Below, one piece after another: positions 62,401 to 64,000 of a stretch of 64,000 bases of DNA. The DNA is taken from assembly GCF_006345805.1 (NCBI RefSeq), contig NC_043016.1:17298001-17362000 (forward strand), given 5' to 3'. The translations under genes and the position numbers were made by a program. Positions within the stretch are counted from its first letter, which is position 1; the number at the start of each line of letters is the position of its first letter. Source of the stretch: Octopus sinensis (Eukaryota). The notes beneath the pieces were generated by a model, which saw nothing but the letters and a program-made list of their open reading frames with translations, made no database searches and was not told the DNA's origin.

Positions 62401-63771
62401 CCTTTCTCTAAAATCTCTCAGAAATCAGCAGTTTTAGATGAAAAGAAAATGACAAGTTGCAATAGCCTTGTTTTTCTAAGGCTTTTAAGAATGTAATGAT
62501 ATCAATAAGGCCCAAACTGGGCTAAATGAACATATAATTTGAGACCATATGCAACAGAATATCAATGTAATATTAAAATAATATATCATTATAATAATAG
62601 AATAACATTTTCTTTAAAATTAGATGTAAATGAATGTACTCAAAAAGTCTGCGGTGAAAATGAAGAATGTTTCAACGAGCCTGGCTCCTATATGTGCCGT
62701 TGTATCACCGGATATGAATCTGAAGGAGGCAAATGCAAGAAACGAGGTATGCAAATAATGAGATCTTTATTTTGTTGTTGTTGCTTAGTTCCAGGTTAGC
62801 TCTGATCAAGCAGATCTATGACTAAAAGCGTTCTTTTCAGTGACCACCCTGTCTTTTTAAGCGTTATCTAAGACTACACTATCCAACGTATCTTTTCATT
62901 AAGAGTTAGTTTGTTATTTCCAAAGAGATTTTGTTGGTATTTCTTGTAAGCTAAATTGTACCATAGAAGAACCTCTTCTGGATAATTCATCTTCTGTTTT
63001 ACTACATCGTACTAATGAACAAAATCTACAAAAGTTATTGCTGTAATTTTGTTCCCAGTAGTCCCCAGGCATTCCAGCTGTGACCATATCTGCTAAGTTC
63101 ACCATCTACTGCCTTTTTTACCTACAAAATAGTTTTTAACTATTAATGGTGAGGTATTGTGGATATATTTTCTCAGTAAACCTTCCTTGCAGTGAGATTT
63201 CCTGATGTGAATTGATGGCAGTGAACATATCTGTAATCAGCTGTGACAATCCTCTTCTTATTTACATATCTGGTAGATCTTACAGCTGCGTTATTCAATA
63301 TGTTCATTCCTTTTTTAGACAATAGGTTGTAATTTGAGGGAGATTTGGATGGTTTCTAACAATCTCCCATCATTTGGCTTAACCCTTTCGTGACTGTATT
63401 TATTTTGAGATGCTCTGAGTATCTTTTAATTACTTAAAATATAACAAAGGAACATAAATTGTGACTAAGGTTTGGTGGAAGATTTTGATTCAAAACTTAT
63501 GAAAACAAGACATTTGTACTCAAAGCCAGAGGCGGTTTCAGCTGGTTTGGTAACGAATGGGTTAATGTATATAATTGAATTTGTTGATAAAAAAGTGCTT
63601 TTCTGATTATGTAGAAATGAAATGTCTGTTAAAATGTAATCTTTCTCTTTTTAGACTGCCCTGAACAATGTCATGAACATGCTCAGTGTGTCTATAATTA
63701 TAATACTCGGTCTCCCAAATGTGAGTGCAATGCAGGCTTCAGAGGTGATGGACATTACTGTGAACTTATAG
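4982..63771 (+). CDS. NID1: Nidogen/entactin, partial multi-exon CDS: join(4982-5073, 26245-26268, 38043-38066, 53883-54017, 55684-55920, 57105-57302, 57694-57912, 60979-61095, 62624-62746, 63655-63771); both ends lie outside the window
   Basis: All exons have AG/GT boundaries. All junctions after the first exon are phase 1 and join into one stop-free frame: [77 protein letters not shown]...-G2 barrel-EGF-cbEGF-EGF. The order NIDO, linker, EGF, G2F, EGF rod is that of nidogen. CxDYATGxCCxC followed by PQxxNG is the nidogen EGF1/G2 signature (recalled from vertebrate NID1). The symbol denotes the NID1/NID2 family, not a specific paralog. Confidence 0.92.
5400..5720. repeat. Polypyrimidine/polypurine low-complexity tract
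   Basis: The + strand is almost all C/T for ~320 bp. Confidence 0.85.
6900..7850. repeat. ~300-bp repeat with a tRNA-like core: one inverted copy (~6900-7190) and two tandem copies (~7297-7560, ~7596-7840)
   Basis: Core tggtccaatggta...ggttcaaatcc (A/B boxes) at about 7326-7400, 7625-7700 and 7090-7162 (-). Period 299 bp. Confidence 0.65.
7775..8712. repeat. Perfect inverted repeat (foldback): 461-bp arms 7775-8235 and 8252-8712, 16-bp (AAT)n spacer
   Basis: Mirror coordinates sum to 16487 throughout. Mirror ORFs (for example 7837-8085 + and 8402-8650 -) have identical translations. Confidence 0.95.
8259..8637 (+). mobile_element. R4/Dong-like non-LTR retrotransposon 3' end (RLE endonuclease region), decayed; mirror copy at about 7850-8228 (-)
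   Basis: [21 protein letters not shown]...[10 protein letters not shown] followed, after a frameshift, by ...LLGTARILR. Starts at an (AAT)n run. Confidence 0.7.
8713..9254 (-). mobile_element. RTE 3' UTR, inverted segment (~1.6 tandem units)
   Basis: Directly follows the RT stop codon on the - strand. Same unit sequence as 10676-12370. Confidence 0.85.
9255..10676 (-). mobile_element. RTE-clade LINE, 5'-truncated open RT ORF (endonuclease absent), with internal PHD-like C4HC3 finger
   Basis: 467-aa uninterrupted ORF with [35 protein letters not shown] and the RTE-type C-terminus RLRWYGHV...GRGRPRKTW. The frame is open back to YRGIKLL at the 10676 breakpoint. Confidence 0.96.
10676..12543 (+). 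mobile_element. RTE 3' UTR, non-inverted segment: tandem ~350-bp units, ~63-bp sub-repeats (about 12055-12370), terminal ~170-bp tail and (ATG)n
   Basis: The unit marker gaagacccggcaagactag recurs at about 10781, 11128, 11493 and 11781. The segment ends in ...ggaagggcatccagctgtagaaac...gttaaatgatgatgatg. Confidence 0.85.
12526..13010. repeat. Compound (ATG)n-(ATT/GTT)n microsatellite, ~485 bp
   Basis: Direct reading. An 18-bp higher-order unit GTT(ATT)5 occupies the left part. Confidence 0.97.
13488..13618. repeat. (CATA)n with periodic tgcataattg interruptions
   Basis: Direct reading. Confidence 0.9.
14103..14500 (+). mobile_element. tRNA-derived SINE family C, tandem/partial copies; others at about 18490-18700, 20930-21075, 24860-25066, 32383-32600, 51580-51790, 59320-59503, 60435-60640, 61715-61915
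   Basis: Shared gagctggcagaaacgttagc...gagttcaaattc...gactttgcctttcatcc sequence. Confidence 0.8.
21462..23033 (+). mobile_element. Second, 5'-truncated copy of the same RTE 3' end (~4 tandem units + tail + (ATG)n)
   Basis: Same units, with the marker at about 21678, 22071 and 22420, then the same terminal tail at 22862-23033. Confidence 0.85.
23170..23360 (-). mobile_element. Penelope pLTR-like fragment with minimal hammerhead-like core
   Basis: Minus strand ctgaaga-g-tataggct-c-gaaac-gta. Stem I is poor. Next to (TA)n. Confidence 0.4.
26245..26268 (+). CDS. NID1: Candidate nidogen microexon 1, 24 nt, (I)EGSGTDT
   Basis: tatgtctgtattctctttctttAG|tcgaaggatcaggaaccgacactc|GTAAGT. Phase 1-1, no stop, in unique sequence. 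Confidence 0.6.
27207..27429. mobile_element. piggyBac-like MITE copy 1
   Basis: CCCTTT...AAAGGG termini, flanks ttga / TTAA. Homologous to 56636-56813 and 63383-63561. Confidence 0.7.
28140..28373. mobile_element. Tigger/pogo-like MITE
   Basis: Ends CAGTAATCCCTCG ... cgggggaatgCTG, TA on both sides. Confidence 0.65.
28885..29222. mobile_element. hAT (Charlie-like) MITE; a related fragment at about 20380-20480
   Basis: Ends CAGTGGTTCTCAAC ... GTTGGGAAGCCCTG. 8-bp flanks atctagat / ctttagat. Confidence 0.7.
33270..33650. repeat. (CA)n microsatellite interrupted by recurrent CACGTA
   Basis: Direct reading. Confidence 0.95.
34279..34503 (+). mobile_element. Penelope pLTR-like fragment with short inverted 5' copy and variant hammerhead (34363-34400)
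   Basis: Arms 34279-34353 and 34369-34432. Motif ctgt-CCGATGA...GAAAC-tcaga-GTA-acag. Embedded in (TA)n. Confidence 0.55.
35912..35989 (-). ncRNA. Type I hammerhead ribozyme motif, mirror copy
   Basis: Reverse complement of 36637-36714. Confidence 0.8.
36637..36714 (+). ncRNA. Type I hammerhead ribozyme motif, intact core
   Basis: Stem I ttgg/ccaa, core CTGACGA, stem II gcta/tagc, GAAAC-AATT-GTC (palindromic stem III). Predicted cleavage 3' of 36710. Confidence 0.8.
38043..38066 (+). CDS. NID1: Candidate nidogen microexon 2, 24 nt, (P/T)IYSGEIP
   Basis: Long pyrimidine tract (ttttctcttctgttaacttttcttttatctctgttttgtctgtacattctAG), exon caatttactctggagaaataccag, donor GTAAGT at 38067. Phase 1-1, no stop. 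Confidence 0.6.
40255..40570 (+). mobile_element. Penelope-like GIY-YIG fragment; pLTR-like tail with decayed hammerhead at about 40830-41090
   Basis: [15 protein letters not shown]...[11 protein letters not shown]...[12 protein letters not shown]...[13 protein letters not shown], with stops. CTGATGA core at 40984. Confidence 0.7.
41750..42700 (-). pseudogene. Highly decayed LINE RT remnant
   Basis: Fragmentary RTE-like motifs on the - strand, interrupted by many stops. Weak. Confidence 0.3.
45389..46020. mobile_element. Long-TIR foldback/MITE element (arms ~270 bp, visibly diverged)
   Basis: ttcaccacttaaaagtggatgtt ... aacatccacttttaagtggtgaa, TA on both sides. Arms about 45389-45667 and 45745-46020. 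Confidence 0.7.
46483..47398 (+). mobile_element. Mariner (Tc1/mariner) DNA transposon, internally deleted pseudogene
   Basis: ~30-bp TIRs (gaggtggtatcaaaaagttcccagactagtt / aactagtctgagaactttttgatacccct). The transposase motifs LHDDNAPGH and [15 protein letters not shown] are present, with stops and frameshifts. Confidence 0.9.
48731..49143 (+). mobile_element. Inverted pair of hammerhead-type tails around a tRNA-like segment (48901-48969)
   Basis: Arms about 48731-48900 (-) and 48970-49143 (+), each with CTGATGA and a decayed GAAA. The centre has an A box (tggtgtagcgg) and a B-box-like gagtttgatgcc. Confidence 0.55.
49193..49559. repeat. Near-perfect palindrome, 180-bp arms, 7-nt loop
   Basis: Arms 49193-49372 and 49380-49559, with three mismatches seen by eye. 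Confidence 0.9.
52650..52830 (+). mobile_element. Penelope pLTR-like fragment with slightly decayed hammerhead (52662-52719)
   Basis: ataa-CTGAAGA-gatg...catc-cgaac-tcaga-GTT-ttat. Flanked by (TA)n. Confidence 0.5.
53435..53670 (+). repeat. Unclassified interspersed repeat (also about 6770-6850, 24250-24430, 62780-62880, 63300-63365)
   Basis: Recurrent blocks ttagctttgatc(g/a)a(g/a)cag and aatttgagggagatttgg. Confidence 0.45.
53883..54017 (+). CDS. NID1: Nidogen exon, EGF-like 1 ([44 protein letters not shown])
   Basis: AG at 53881-82, GTAAG at 54018, 135 nt, phase 1-1. Six-Cys EGF with the nidogen-typical DYATGxCCxC...GNG. Confidence 0.93.
55684..55920 (+). CDS. NID1: Nidogen exon, G2 beta-barrel part 1 ([10 protein letters not shown]...[17 protein letters not shown]...SKNGYMIT)
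   Basis: tttcAG acceptor, GTAAG donor at 55921, 237 nt. Lies inside ORF 55611-55970. Motifs PQxxNG, HSY, GRxYT and KNGxxITG match the G2F domain. Confidence 0.95.
56636..56813. mobile_element. piggyBac-like MITE copy 2
   Basis: TTAA-CCCTTTT ... AAAAGGG-TTAA. Confidence 0.75.
57105..57302 (+). CDS. NID1: Nidogen exon, G2 part 2 ([23 protein letters not shown]...[10 protein letters not shown])
   Basis: tttccttcaAG acceptor, GTAAG donor at 57303, 198 nt, phase 1-1. Missed by the ORF track. Matches the G2F pattern AxVTF...IxQxF...GxLP...YxE. Confidence 0.93.
57694..57912 (+). CDS. NID1: Nidogen exon, G2 part 3 ([14 protein letters not shown]...[15 protein letters not shown]...[13 protein letters not shown])
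   Basis: aatAG acceptor, GTAAA donor at 57913, 219 nt. Lies inside ORF 57621-57968. The YxWxQxxxFxECxH motif is typical of G2F. Confidence 0.93.
59521..59830 (+). mobile_element. R4/Dong-like 3' end, second family member
   Basis: [44 protein letters not shown]...[19 protein letters not shown]. Flanked by AAC and AAT repeats. Confidence 0.72.
60979..61095 (+). CDS. NID1: Nidogen exon, rod EGF-like ([38 protein letters not shown])
   Basis: tatttcAG acceptor, GTGAG donor at 61096, 117 nt, phase 1-1, six Cys in EGF spacing. Confidence 0.92.
62624..62746 (+). CDS. NID1: Nidogen exon, calcium-binding EGF ([41 protein letters not shown])
   Basis: aattAG acceptor, GTATG donor at 62747, 123 nt. cbEGF consensus DxNEC...CxNxxGSYxC. 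Confidence 0.93.
63383..63561. mobile_element. piggyBac-like MITE copy 3
   Basis: TTAA-CCCTTTCGTGAC ... GTAACGAATGGG-TTAA. Confidence 0.75.
63655..63771 (+). CDS. NID1: Nidogen exon, rod EGF-like with RGD ([38 protein letters not shown])
   Basis: ctttctctttttAG acceptor, GTAAT donor at 63772, 117 nt, six Cys. Confidence 0.92.
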   Translation, partial: TALNNVMNMLSVSIIIILGLPNVSAMQASEVMDITVNL

Positions 63772-64000
63772 GTAATTATTGATTTTTAGGAATTTTTTTT
63801 TTTTTTACTTGTTTTAATTTATTGTAGCTGGCATATTATCGATAATAGGTGGTTGTCCTTACTTGTGGAACAACTAATGCAACAAGTTTTCATCAAATCA
63901 GTGATGGAGATAGAAGTGGTGGGGCTGAGATGCACAGAGGGATAACTTACCATTATTTTGCGGCTCAGAGTCGGGTGGCTTATAACATTTTCTTCCACTT

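Overview
Eukaryotic, AT-rich, microsatellite- and retroposon-dense genomic DNA. The repeat families look like those of an octopus (coleoid cephalopod); this is inferred from pattern recall, not from a search. The window lies entirely inside one + strand gene, a nidogen/entactin. I find 10 candidate coding exons: the end of the NIDO/G1 domain (4982-5073), two candidate 24-nt microexons (26245-26268 and 38043-38066) in a ~49 kb TE-filled interval, EGF1 (53883-54017), three G2/G2F beta-barrel exons (55684-57912) and three rod EGF exons (60979-63771). The gene continues beyond both window ends. The introns hold: an RTE-clade LINE (open RT ORF with an internal PHD-like finger, tandem ~350-bp 3' UTR units, 5' inversion, adjacent 461-bp foldback); many Penelope-like fragments carrying hammerhead-ribozyme motifs (one pair intact); R4/Dong-like 3' ends in TAA repeats; a deleted mariner; hAT, pogo, piggyBac and Helentron-type non-autonomous elements; and several tRNA-derived SINE families. 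Best leads: (1) frame-neutral microexons encoding Ser-Gly glycosaminoglycan-type sites in the nidogen G1-G2 linker; (2) a 533-535 bp hammerhead-bearing retrozyme/pLTR locus in the intron; (3) the complex RTE insertion. Repeat boundaries were read by eye and are approximate to about 10-20 bp unless TIRs or TSDs are quoted. No alignments or folding programs were run.
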